From assembly GCA_964484385.1 (NCBI GenBank), contig CAZAFV010000007.1, forward strand, positions 1,328 through 65,327: DNA of 64,000 nucleotides. Direction: 5' to 3'. The stretch is from an uncultured Acidimicrobiales bacterium. GTDB lineage: Bacteria > Actinomycetota > Acidimicrobiia > Acidimicrobiales > Poriferisodalaceae. How positions within the stretch are numbered: the first letter of the stretch is position 1; every line of letters starts with the position of its first letter. Below the pieces are notes generated by a model. The model searched no databases and was not told where the DNA came from. It was given only the letters and a program-made list of their open reading frames with translations. This document shows positions 15,809 to 25,021 of this stretch, one piece after another. A program made the position numbers and the translations under genes.

Positions 15809-18271
15809 TCAGCGCAGGGCGCCTGCCGCCTCGAGCGCTGCGATCTCGTCGGGGTTGAGCCCGAGCAGGCCGGTGAGCACCTCGTGCGTGTGCTGGCCGA
15901 GCGTGGGAGCGGGCGAGCGCACGCCATTGGTGCCGTCGGAGAGAAGCCACGGGATGCCGACGTGGCTCATCTGGCCCACGACCGGATGATCCAGACGCTC
16001 GATCAGCCCGCGCTCGGCGAGGTGCGGGTTGACTTCGAGTGAGCGTGAGCTGAGCGAGGGGAAGGCGGGCACGCCGGCAGCTTGCAGCAGCTCGGTGATG
16101 TCCCACTGGTCACGCTCACGGGTCCACGCGCCGATGAGCTTGTCGAGCTCAGCCTCGTTGGCCTTGCGGTCGGCGGCTGTGGCGAATCGCTCATCGTCGG
16201 GATCGATGCCGGTAATCCTCGCCAGCGCAGCCCACTCGGCTTCGTCGACGCAGCAGACGGCAATCCAGTCGTCGTTGCCGGCACAGCGAAACAGGTTGTG
16301 CGGAGACCACAGTGGGTCGAGGTTGCCCATCGGATCTGGCTGCGTGCCCCGCATCACCCATTCCATCCAACCCTCGACGGTGCACGCCGTGGTGGCCTCC
16401 CACATCGACGTGTCGATGAACTGACCCTCGCCGGTGCGCCGCCGCGCCACCAGCGCGGCGACCAGCGCGTACGCCGTGGCAATCCCGGCCGCCGGGTCGC
16501 CGAGCGACACGCCGAGCTCGTCTGCGTCCGCTCCGGGGTAGCCGGTCATCGATGCGAGGCCCGACAGCGGCCCGGTGGTGGGTCCGTAGCCCATGTACGA
16601 CTGGTACGGCCCATGGTGGCCGTAGCCGCTGATGGCGCCCACGATCACGTCGGGACGCTCTGCGGCCAGCGCCTCGTAGCCGAGACCCCATCCGTCCATG
16701 ACGCCGGTGGCGTAGTTGGACACCACCAGGTCGCACGACAGCGCCAAGCGCTTCGCCAGTGCACGCCCCTCGGGAGTGCCCAGGTCGATGGTGATGCTCT
16801 GCTTGCCTTGGCCGTACTGGTTGAAGTAGCCGTTGGTGTCGAGCGTTGGCGTGTGACGGCCCGACTGCGTCGGCAGACGGCGACCGAGATCGGGCCGGGC
16901 CGACGACTCCACCTTGATCACTGTGGCGCCGAGGTGTGCTAGGTGCAGCGTGCAGTAGGGGCCCGCCCAGACCCAGGTGAAATCCGCCACCGTGACGCCG
17001 TCGAGCGGGCGGCTCGACGGTGTGGCCGAAGATGCAGGCGCAGGTGCTGGCAGTGATGCCGTCGCTGTGTCGGTCGCGGCAAATGAAGGACCGCTGTGCT
17101 CGCCCAGCGACGGTGCCGGTCGGCGGATGGACCACCACGAATTCGTGAGCCGCGACGGCGCGCCCGGCACGGTGATGTCTCCCAGCCCCGGCTGTTCGTA
17201 GGTGACGAGGAAGTCACGGGCTGCCAGGTGCGGGTCGGCGGCCATCTGCGCCACCGTGTTCACCGGGGCAAACGCCAGCCGCTCTGCCTGGCCCCGATGA
17301 AACAGCTCCGTCACCGGCTGCGCAGCGATCCACTCGCCGAGCCACATGCGCAGCAGGTCTTCGTTCTCGAAGCGACCCTCGAGCGTCTCGAAAATGTCCA
17401 TGTCGGCCCACTCCGGCCGGCCCATGAAATCTTTCAGCCGCTCCCACTGGTCGGCTTCGACGCACACGAGGAAGATGTGCCCGTCGCTGGTCGGGAAGAT
17501 CCCCCACGGGTTGAGAATGCGAGCACCGAGGCGGCTGGGGTTCTCGCCCCGGTACGACCAGCTGATGAACGCTGCTTCCAGCATGCCGACGACGTAGGAC
17601 ATCTGGGCGAAGTCGATGTGCTCGCCGCGACCGGTGCGCTGTGCACGGTCGACAGCGGCGAGCGATGCGCATGCAGCCGCGAAGCCCGACTGGAAGGCAG
17701 CTTGGTGGCCGTGGGGCTTCAGCGGGGGCAGCTCGGGATCGGCCACGCAGCCGGGGGTAAGCCAGCCCCAGCCGCCGCCGTGAACGACCTGCAGCTCGGT
17801 CGCTCGCCAGTCCGCATACGGACCGGTCTGCCCGAATGGCGTGATCGACATCGTGACCAGCGACGGATGCTGCGCCCGCAGCGGTTCTGCTGTGAGGCTG
17901 TGCGCAGCCGCTGTTGCCGGCGCCAGATCGTGGATGAACAGGTCTGCGTCGGCGAGCAGCTGTTGCAATGTTGCGCGGCCGTCTGGCCGGGCGAGGTCCA
18001 CCACGATGCCGCGCTTGTTCGTGTTGATGGCGGCAAACAGGCCGCCCGTCAGCTCAGAGCCGGTGCCGGATCCGGTACCGAGGTCGACTTCGGCGTTGGG
18101 GTGCCCACTGCCAGCAGCGAATGGCCCGCGACGGCGCGCAGCGTCGCCCGCCGGCGGCTCGACCTTGATGACGTCGGCGCCGAGGTCGGCGAGCAGCTTG
18201 GCCGTCCACGGAGCCGCCACCATCTGTCCCAGCTCGACGACACGGATGCCGTCAAGACCGCGCGCGGTCAT
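15809..18271 (-). CDS. fused double family III CoA-transferase (CaiB/BaiF type)
   Basis: 820 aa with two complete CoA-transferase modules. The first begins GIRVVELGQMVAAPWTAKLLADLGADVIKVE and the second GVTVADFTWVWAGPYCTLHLAHLGATVIKVE. An Ala/Ser/Pro linker at about 17009-17095 joins them. Confidence 0.85.
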   Translation of the reverse strand: MTARGLDGIRVVELGQMVAAPWTAKLLADLGADVIKVEPPAGDAARRRGPFAAGSGHPNAEVDLGTGSGTGSELTGGLFAAINTNKRGIVVDLARPDGRATLQQLLADADLFIHDLAPATAAAHSLTAEPLRAQHPSLVTMSITPFGQTGPYADWRATELQVVHGGGWGWLTPGCVADPELPPLKPHGHQAAFQSGFAAACASLAAVDRAQRTGRGEHIDFAQMSYVVGMLEAAFISWSYRGENPSRLGARILNPWGIFPTSDGHIFLVCVEADQWERLKDFMGRPEWADMDIFETLEGRFENEDLLRMWLGEWIAAQPVTELFHRGQAERLAFAPVNTVAQMAADPHLAARDFLVTYEQPGLGDITVPGAPSRLTNSWWSIRRPAPSLGEHSGPSFAATDTATASLPAPAPASSATPSSRPLDGVTVADFTWVWAGPYCTLHLAHLGATVIKVESSARPDLGRRLPTQSGRHTPTLDTNGYFNQYGQGKQSITIDLGTPEGRALAKRLALSCDLVVSNYATGVMDGWGLGYEALAAERPDVIVGAISGYGHHGPYQSYMGYGPTTGPLSGLASMTGYPGADADELGVSLGDPAAGIATAYALVAALVARRRTGEGQFIDTSMWEATTACTVEGWMEWVMRGTQPDPMGNLDPLWSPHNLFRCAGNDDWIAVCCVDEAEWAALARITGIDPDDERFATAADRKANEAELDKLIGAWTRERDQWDITELLQAAGVPAFPSLSSRSLEVNPHLAERGLIERLDHPVVGQMSHVGIPWLLSDGTNGVRSPAPTLGQHTHEVLTGLLGLNPDEIAALEAAGALR

Positions 18272-18341
18272 CGAAGCGTGCGGCCTTCGCGGGCTCGGTT
18301 CCCGAGCGTGCCTGATGACCGCCCGCTAGCGCTGCGGCGGC

Positions 18342-18551
18342 TCAAGGCGACTCGTGCTTGAACGACAGCCGCACCTTGGTACGGAAGGCTGCGATCGCGC
18401 CGCCCTCGATCACGACGTCCTGCTCGACAACCTCGGCTACCCGGAGATCTCGCAGGGTCTTGGAGGCCTCAGTGATCGCGTTCTGCGTCGCCTTCTCCCA
18501 CGACTCCTCGCTGGTGCCGATCAGCTCGATCACGTTGTAGACGCTGCTCAT
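18342..18551 (-). CDS. dodecin family flavin-binding protein
   Basis: 69 aa from the internal ATG at 18551, preceded by GGAGGAG. MSSVYNVIELIGTSEESWEKA...FRTKVRLSFKHE matches the dodecin pattern (VxELxGTSxxSxExA ... VxFxL). Confidence 0.8.
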   Translation of the reverse strand: MSSVYNVIELIGTSEESWEKATQNAITEASKTLRDLRVAEVVEQDVVIEGGAIAAFRTKVRLSFKHESP

Positions 18552-18671
18552 TGGATTCTCCTCCGGCGGCGCGCTGTGTGCCGCACGAACGCGGTGTGCC
18601 CTACAGTCTGCCCCACCGGAGCACACTGGATCGCTCGCAGGAACGAGCCCCACACCGAACAGGTCGCCATC

Positions 18672-19436
18672 TTGAACGAATCACCTCAGCGCAACCGCAA
18701 CGCTGTCGAGAAGGTCATCACGCTGGTCGCGGCGAGCCGGATTTCTTGGGAGGATGCGGCACGTCGAGGAGTTGCTGAGGCCACCAAGACGATCCGCGAT
18801 CTGTCGGTGGCCCACGTCGAAGAGCGCGACGTGATGATCGTGGAAGGCGAGATCGCCCTCTACCGCATCAAGCTGCGGGTGGCGTTCCGCGTCGACCGGA
18901 TGCGGCCTGGCCTGACGCCGGGCGCGCCCGATGTGGAGGTGACGCGCTGGCTCATCGTGGCCAACCAGACGCTGGGCACCGGCGAGGTCGTTGCCGAGAT
19001 CGACCGGCTGAATTCCCACGGCCCGTGCGAGTTCCACCTGCTGGTGCCGATGACGCATTCGAAGAGCTACGCGCGGGCGCGCCGGCTCTCGATGCTGGCT
19101 GCCGACCCCGTGACGGGGATCCCGTCTGAGCACGTGCCTGCTGCGGACTACCTGGGGCCCGACACTCTGGGCATGGAGCAGGCGCAGAAGCGTCTCGACG
19201 CCCAGCTTGCGAAGATTGCAGCTGCGTCCTACGCCGCCACCGGCGAGCTCGGCGACCCTGATCCGCTGCGGGCGATCCAGGCGGTGCTGTCACGCTCCAG
19301 CTTCGACGGGATCATCCTGTCGACCCTGCCGGCGGGGGCATCACGACTGGTCGGCGCCGACCTGCCGTCGCGGGTGCGCCGCCTCACGAACCTGCCGGTC
19401 ACGTACCTGCCCGGCAAGGAGCCCGGCGAGCTCTAG
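18672..19436 (+). CDS. dodecin-like domain fused to an uncharacterised C-terminal domain of about 180 aa
   Basis: VEKVITLVAASRISWEDAARRGVAEATKTIRDLSVAHVEERDVMIVEGEIALYRIKLRVAFRV is dodecin-like. It is followed by TRWLIVANQTLG...FHLLVPMTHS...FDGIILSTLPAGASRLV. The start is uncertain (TTG 18672 is a guess). Confidence 0.55.
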   Translation: MNESPQRNRNAVEKVITLVAASRISWEDAARRGVAEATKTIRDLSVAHVEERDVMIVEGEIALYRIKLRVAFRVDRMRPGLTPGAPDVEVTRWLIVANQTLGTGEVVAEIDRLNSHGPCEFHLLVPMTHSKSYARARRLSMLAADPVTGIPSEHVPAADYLGPDTLGMEQAQKRLDAQLAKIAAASYAATGELGDPDPLRAIQAVLSRSSFDGIILSTLPAGASRLVGADLPSRVRRLTNLPVTYLPGKEPGEL

Positions 19437-19563
19437 TAGCGCGATCGGCTCGCCTTGAAAAGCGGGCTGGCTGTTGAATGCCTGCAAGTCGGGCACGACG
19501 GGCGCGATCGCGGCGATGATGACGGGCGCTGGCACGAGGACGATGCAGCGCAGGGAGGCAACG

Positions 19564-20394
19564 ATGTCGACGACGGGATCACGCACACACGCCGAGCGGC
19601 GGGCCGCGGCATTCGAGGTATACGAGCGATTCACCAACGGGGAAGTCGATCCCGAGCGGGCGCAGCGGTCGATGACCCGGCGTCTCGGCGCTTTGGGCAC
19701 GTTTGCCTTCGACGTGGTGATGGGCGACGTGTGGGCGCGGCCCGAGCTGTCGCGTCGCGACCGCAGCCTGATCGTGATCACGGTGCTCGCGACGATCGGT
19801 TCAAGCGAGGAGCTGTCGCTTCACACCGAGGTCGGCCTGAACCACGGCCTGACGCGCACCGAGATCGAAGAGGTCCTGATCCAGGTGGCCGCCTACGCCG
19901 GCTTCCCGATGGCAATGGCGGCGTCCCGGGTTGTTGACGAGAGGTTCCGAACGCTCGACGGCGTCGATCGGCTGCCCGAACGTTCAGGTGCCGATGAGCT
20001 GGACGACGACGAGCGGGAGCGCCGTGCGGCTGAGGTACGCAGCACGCTCACTGCTGGCCGCGCGTCGAGTGATCCTTCCGACGACATGGCACGTCTCGTC
20101 GAGCACCTCGGTGAGGTCGGGCGCATCGCCTATCACTGGGCCTTCGGGGATCTCTGGTCACGGGACGAGCTGTCCCGACGAGACCGCAGCATCGTGGTCA
20201 TCGCGATCCTGACTGTGCTGAGCCGCACCGACGAGCTGGCGTTCCACGTGCCGGCGGGCCTCAACCACGGGCTGACACGCACCGAGATCGAAGAGATCAT
20301 GGTGCAGATGACCATCTACGGCGGCATCCCCCGCGCCGTCGAGGGCTACCAAGCGATGAAAAGGGCCTACGACAAAATCGACGCCCGCAGCTGA
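19564..20394 (+). CDS. carboxymuconolactone decarboxylase (CMD/AhpD-like) family protein, tandem CMD domains
   Basis: An ATG at 19564 follows GGGAGG. There are two repeats of ...W.R.ELSRRDRS..VI..L......EL..H...GLNHGLTRTEIEE...Q...Y.G.P. Confidence 0.8.
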   Translation: MSTTGSRTHAERRAAAFEVYERFTNGEVDPERAQRSMTRRLGALGTFAFDVVMGDVWARPELSRRDRSLIVITVLATIGSSEELSLHTEVGLNHGLTRTEIEEVLIQVAAYAGFPMAMAASRVVDERFRTLDGVDRLPERSGADELDDDERERRAAEVRSTLTAGRASSDPSDDMARLVEHLGEVGRIAYHWAFGDLWSRDELSRRDRSIVVIAILTVLSRTDELAFHVPAGLNHGLTRTEIEEIMVQMTIYGGIPRAVEGYQAMKRAYDKIDARS

Positions 20395-20449
20395 GGCTGG
20401 AGGAGTCTCATGCCCACAGCTGAGGCAGCGGCGAAATCGACGCCCGCAG

Positions 20450-21232
20450 CTAGAACGTGCCGAAGCGAGCTTTGGCATCGTCACTGACGATGGAGCGCGC
20501 GGAGGCGTCGCCGTCGAACTCGGACAGGTCGCCGAGCCGCGTGACCTGGGCGTAGCCACGCAGTTGGTGCTTGGCCATCTGCACAGACAGCGACGGCAGG
20601 TCCAGCAGCCGAGCCACCCACCGCTCGACGGCGGCATCCAGCTCGTCATCGCCTTCGCACACTTCGTGCGCCAATCCCCAATCGGCGGCCCGCCGCCCGT
20701 CAATGCGCTCACTAGTCATCACGAACTGTCGCGCACGTGACATGCCAAGTTCTGCGATCAGCCGGGGCGTGGCACCCCACGGCAGCGGCACGCCCAGCTC
20801 CACCTCGGGCACGTACCACATCGCATCGGCCTCGCTGATGCGGAAGTCGCAGCTCGTAGCGAAGCAGCACCCGCCGCCGATGGCATGCCCGTGCACCCGT
20901 GCGATGGTCACGACCTCGCAGTCCTCGATGGCACGGGCTGCACGCCTGCCCAACTGGTTGATGTAGCGAGCCTCCCGGTCGTTCGCAGCAGTCGGCGGCT
21001 GCTCCTTGCGATCAGCGCCGGCGCAGAACGACTTCCCCCGCCCGCCCAGCACGACCACCCGGTGCTGCGTCTGCCCGTTCAGGGCCAGGAACAGATCCCC
21101 CACCTCGCGGATCATCAACTGGTTGTGCGCATTGCGCGACTCCGGCCGGTTCAACCAAGCCCGAAGCGTCTCCCCATCAGGCTCCAGCTCAATCGTCTCC
21201 AACGAAGGCAGCTCAAACGACAACAAACTCAT
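20450..21232 (-). CDS. enoyl-CoA hydratase/isomerase (crotonase) family protein
   Basis: 260 aa with the crotonase signature region VVVLGGRGKSFCAGAD...VHGHAIGGGCCFATSCDFRI. Confidence 0.85.
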   Translation of the reverse strand: MSLLSFELPSLETIELEPDGETLRAWLNRPESRNAHNQLMIREVGDLFLALNGQTQHRVVVLGGRGKSFCAGADRKEQPPTAANDREARYINQLGRRAARAIEDCEVVTIARVHGHAIGGGCCFATSCDFRISEADAMWYVPEVELGVPLPWGATPRLIAELGMSRARQFVMTSERIDGRRAADWGLAHEVCEGDDELDAAVERWVARLLDLPSLSVQMAKHQLRGYAQVTRLGDLSEFDGDASARSIVSDDAKARFGTF

Positions 21233-21348
21233 CCCGCCATCCTTGCCGACTCTCCAACGCAGCGCCGTGACAACGTCGATGTGTCAATGACGATGCCGAT
21301 TCGGAACAGTGCGATCTAGGCGAGCCAACGAATGCCGCGAAGGCCAGA

Positions 21349-22377
21349 ATGTCGGCCATGAGTGAGAGCCATGGCACTACTGCACCTGATCTTTCTGGAG
21401 TGAAGCACTACGACGTGGATGCGCTGGGCACGCGGATTCATGTGGCGGAGGTGGGCGAGGGACCGATGGTGCTGTTCGTCCATGGCTTTCCGGAGTCGTG
21501 GTACTCGTGGCGGCACCAGCTGCCTGCGGTGGCTGCAGCCGGATATCGAGCGGTGGCGATCGACGTGCGGGGCTATGGGCGCTCCTCTGCGCCCGCCGCT
21601 GTCGCCGACTACCGCATGGTGCGCCACGTTGCCGACAACGTGGGCGTCGTACGGGCCCTCGGCGAGGACACGGCCGTCATCGTGGGCCACGACTGGGGCG
21701 CACCGATCGCTTGGAGCTCGGCCCTGCTGCGGCCCGACATCTTCACCGCGCTCGGCCTGGTGAGCGTGCCCTACAACGCCCGCAGCGACTTCAAGCCCAG
21801 CGCCGCCTTCCGCATGATGGGCGGCGACAAGGAGTTCTACATCGAGTACTTCCAGGAGCCTGGCCGCGCAGAGGCCGAGATGGAGGTTGACCTTCCCCAC
21901 TGGCTGCTGGGCATGTACTTCGCCGCCTCGGGAGACGGCGTGCGGGCCCGGCAGGCATCGGGCGACTCATCCGGCGGGGGCTTCGGCGTCGCGCCCGGCG
22001 GCAAGCTGTCGGACAACTTCATCTGGCCCGAGAAAGGCTCCTGGCCCCACTGGATGTCGGAGGCCGATTTTGCCTACTACACCTCGGAGTTCACCCGCAC
22101 CGGCATGTCGGGCGGGCTGAACCGCTACCGCAACGTGGACCGCGACTGGGAGGACATGGCCGCCTTCGACGGCGCAGCCATCACCCAGCCGAGCCTGTTC
22201 GTCGGCGGCGAGGTCGACGGCCCGACCGTGTGGGGCGCCGGCTCCATCGCCAAGTTCGGCGAGACCATGCCCAACCTGCACAAGTCAGTGATCCTCGACG
22301 GCATCGGGCACTGGGTCCAGCAGGAAGCCGCCGACGAGCTCAACGCCGAACTGCTCGACTTCCTCGCAGCGCTCTAA
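21349..22377 (+). CDS. alpha/beta hydrolase, epoxide-hydrolase-like
   Basis: HGFPESWYSWRHQ motif, nucleophile GHDWGA, and the lid and C-terminal GHWVQQE pattern typical of epoxide hydrolases. Confidence 0.85.
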   Translation: MSAMSESHGTTAPDLSGVKHYDVDALGTRIHVAEVGEGPMVLFVHGFPESWYSWRHQLPAVAAAGYRAVAIDVRGYGRSSAPAAVADYRMVRHVADNVGVVRALGEDTAVIVGHDWGAPIAWSSALLRPDIFTALGLVSVPYNARSDFKPSAAFRMMGGDKEFYIEYFQEPGRAEAEMEVDLPHWLLGMYFAASGDGVRARQASGDSSGGGFGVAPGGKLSDNFIWPEKGSWPHWMSEADFAYYTSEFTRTGMSGGLNRYRNVDRDWEDMAAFDGAAITQPSLFVGGEVDGPTVWGAGSIAKFGETMPNLHKSVILDGIGHWVQQEAADELNAELLDFLAAL

Positions 22378-22426
22378 CGCACTGCGTCATTGCCGGCCAG
22401 TCCGACGGTGACGCCAGCGTGACCCG

Positions 22427-23998
22427 CTAACCAGCGCGGATGGCGCGCCGGGTGGCGAACAGGGGCGCCACAAAGCCGATCGCCGCCACTGCGGCGCCGA
22501 ACAGGAACGTGGCTCGCAGCCGGCCCAGCGAGGGATCCTCGCCGGTGAAGGCCAGCATCGACTGGATCCCCAGGATGATGCCCATCCACATGACCGTCTG
22601 GTTCATGCCGTTGGCCATGCCGAGATCTTTGTCTTCGACCGAGTTGGCGACCAGCACCTGGTAGGCGGGCGAGCCGACGCCCGCCGACACACCCGACAGC
22701 ACCAGCCCCACCATGACCGCCGCGAGGCCCCAGCCCACGGGCTTGGCGCCCAAGGCAAAGGCGATCATCGAGCCGATCATCGCGGAGGTGCCGAAGAACA
22801 TCGGGATCCGGGCGCCGATCTTGGTCACCAGCGTGCCGCCCAGCGGCGAGGCCACGGCAAACGCGCCGGGCCGGGGCACCATGAGCATCGCAGCGACGCC
22901 TACGGAGAAGCCGTATCGCTCCTGCAGCACCCAGGGCACCACCATGAAGCCGCCCATGTACGCGAACTGATTCGCCGGCGCCGACAGCAGCGGCAAGGTG
23001 AAGCTGGCCCGGCGGAACAGGCGCAGATCCAGGAAGGGGGCGGGTGCGCGGCGCTCCCACAGCACGAACAGCACGGAGCAGATCACCGCCCCGCCGAGCA
23101 TCAGCATGAGCGTCTGATCTGACAGCAATCCGTCACCTGCCCGCAGGAGCATCGGCAGCCGGGTGATCGCCCACAGCACCAGCAGCGTTCCGCCCGCGAG
23201 CAGCAGCGCCCCCAGGATGTCGATCGGCACCCGCTCGCCCCGGGGAATCGGCTTCACGACGACGGCCGCGAAGATCAACGACACGAGGCTGATCACGCCG
23301 AACAGCAAGAAGATGCCCCGCCAGCCGAACACGTTCAGCAGCGGTCCGCCGACGACGACGCCGATCGTCGGCGCACCGGTCATGGCGAATTGGAACCAGC
23401 CGACGGCTCGCGCCCGCTCGGCGGGGCCGAATGCATGCATGAGCAATGCCATGCCCGAGGGCATGAGCAGACCGCCACACAGCCCGAACACCACCCTCAC
23501 GGCGATGAACGTGCCGATGTCGGGCACCCAGTAGTTGGCGATCATCGACGCGGTCATCCCGACGATGCCGATGAGGAAGATGCGACGGTGCCCGAACCGG
23601 TCGGCCAGCTTGCCGCCGGCGGGAGTCGAGACGGCCATGGCCAGCATGAGGCCGGTGATGACCCAGCCGGCGGTGGGCAGGGTGGTTCCCAGGTCTTCGG
23701 AGATCGGCGTCAGCGAGACACCCACCAGGGTCATCAGCGAACCGAACCCGAGCACTGCCAGCCCGATTACGCCGAGCAGCCGCCACCGGTAGCTGTCTGA
23801 CGGGGGCGCGTCGGCAGCAGTTACAGGACGATCGGTGGGAGCAGCGGGCGACGGGGCCGTGCGCGGGGCGGGGGGTGCCACCGCTGGAGCGAGCGGCCGA
23901 CCGCCCGCATCGAGAATCTGCGGTACGACGGTGAAGACCGACGGCCGCCTCGCAGCCAGCCGTGCTTGCGCGCGCACGCTCCGGCCTGCGGGCTTCAC
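22427..23998 (-). CDS. MFS transporter (DHA2-like, about 14 TM segments)
   Basis: 523-aa hydrophobic ORF with MFS motifs (GKLADRFGHRRIF). It has a long Pro/Ala-rich N-terminus, so the true start may be further downstream. Confidence 0.8.
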   Translation of the reverse strand: MKPAGRSVRAQARLAARRPSVFTVVPQILDAGGRPLAPAVAPPAPRTAPSPAAPTDRPVTAADAPPSDSYRWRLLGVIGLAVLGFGSLMTLVGVSLTPISEDLGTTLPTAGWVITGLMLAMAVSTPAGGKLADRFGHRRIFLIGIVGMTASMIANYWVPDIGTFIAVRVVFGLCGGLLMPSGMALLMHAFGPAERARAVGWFQFAMTGAPTIGVVVGGPLLNVFGWRGIFLLFGVISLVSLIFAAVVVKPIPRGERVPIDILGALLLAGGTLLVLWAITRLPMLLRAGDGLLSDQTLMLMLGGAVICSVLFVLWERRAPAPFLDLRLFRRASFTLPLLSAPANQFAYMGGFMVVPWVLQERYGFSVGVAAMLMVPRPGAFAVASPLGGTLVTKIGARIPMFFGTSAMIGSMIAFALGAKPVGWGLAAVMVGLVLSGVSAGVGSPAYQVLVANSVEDKDLGMANGMNQTVMWMGIILGIQSMLAFTGEDPSLGRLRATFLFGAAVAAIGFVAPLFATRRAIRAG

Positions 23999-24137
23999 GT
24001 GCTCAGAACCGACAGGGCAGCGCTTCGGGCAAACCTTTTGCTCTTCGCGGCGCAGTCGGTGTCACGGGCTCAGTAAACGCCCTCCCGGGCCGATTGCCTC
24101 AGCGTCGCCACGCATGGCGGCGACACGCGGTGGGCGC

Positions 24138-24962
24138 TCAGCGCGTGAGATGACCGTCCTCGAGCATGGCATCGGCCTGGTAGCGGGCGATCTTGCCCAT
24201 CTCGGGATGCGTCAGCACCCAGAATCGGTCGGTGCGCACGGCGTCCAGCACCATCGGCCCCACATCGGCCGGGTCCATGCCCTCGGCTAGGTAGCCCTTG
24301 AGCATGTCCCAGAACTTGTCGCCCTGATCGGTGCGCACATGGTGGGCAGCATCTTCGGGGTCACGATTGCGCTGGCTGTACACGATGTTGGTGTTGATCG
24401 GCCCCGGGCACAGCACCGAGGCATGCACCAGCGAGTTGCGCAGCCGCAGATCCCGCTCCAGCGTGGCCATCAGCGCCACCACACCATGCTTGGACACGTT
24501 GTATGCGCCCAGCGAGGCACCGCCGTACAGCCCGGCCACCGACGCAGTCGAGTTGATGTGGCCCTCGCCGGCCGCCTCGATGATCGGCAGGAATACGTGG
24601 CAGCCGTAGATCGGACCCCACAGGTTGATGTCGAGCGTCCAGCGCCAGTCCTCGAGCGACATGTCCCCCACCGGTCCGGGGATGCCGACGCCGGCGTTGT
24701 TGCACAGCACATGCACCGCTCCGAACTGCTCCACGGCAGCCTCGGCGAGCGCCTCGATCTGCGCCAGCTGCGATACGTCGGTGCGCACCGCGATGGCTTC
24801 CGCCCCAGTCGCACGCACCTCGGCCGCGGCATCGTTCAGCGGTGCTTCCTCGATATCGGCCAGCACCACCTTCATGCCTGCCGCCGCGAACGTGTCGGCC
24901 ATGGCACGACCCATGCCGCTCGCGGCGCCTGTCACCACGGCAACTCTGCCTTCGACCTCCAT
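24138..24962 (-). CDS. SDR family oxidoreductase
   Basis: TGAASGMGRA cofactor motif, NNAG, and the catalytic YNVSKHG (YxxxK). Confidence 0.85.
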   Translation of the reverse strand: MEVEGRVAVVTGAASGMGRAMADTFAAAGMKVVLADIEEAPLNDAAAEVRATGAEAIAVRTDVSQLAQIEALAEAAVEQFGAVHVLCNNAGVGIPGPVGDMSLEDWRWTLDINLWGPIYGCHVFLPIIEAAGEGHINSTASVAGLYGGASLGAYNVSKHGVVALMATLERDLRLRNSLVHASVLCPGPINTNIVYSQRNRDPEDAAHHVRTDQGDKFWDMLKGYLAEGMDPADVGPMVLDAVRTDRFWVLTHPEMGKIARYQADAMLEDGHLTR

Positions 24963-25021
24963 GGCTCCTCACTTGCTGGTTGTTGGATTGATGCGGCCCG
25001 CCCCAGTGCCGGGCACACCGG

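Noticed and set aside
20375-20451. An 18-bp perfect direct repeat aaatcgacgcccgcagct at 20375-20392 and 20434-20451, plus a partial third copy gcccacagctgagg at 20412-20425. It spans the convergent gene ends.
   Set aside because: It looks like a small local duplication of the 3' end of the CMD gene. I could identify no structure or coding consequence.
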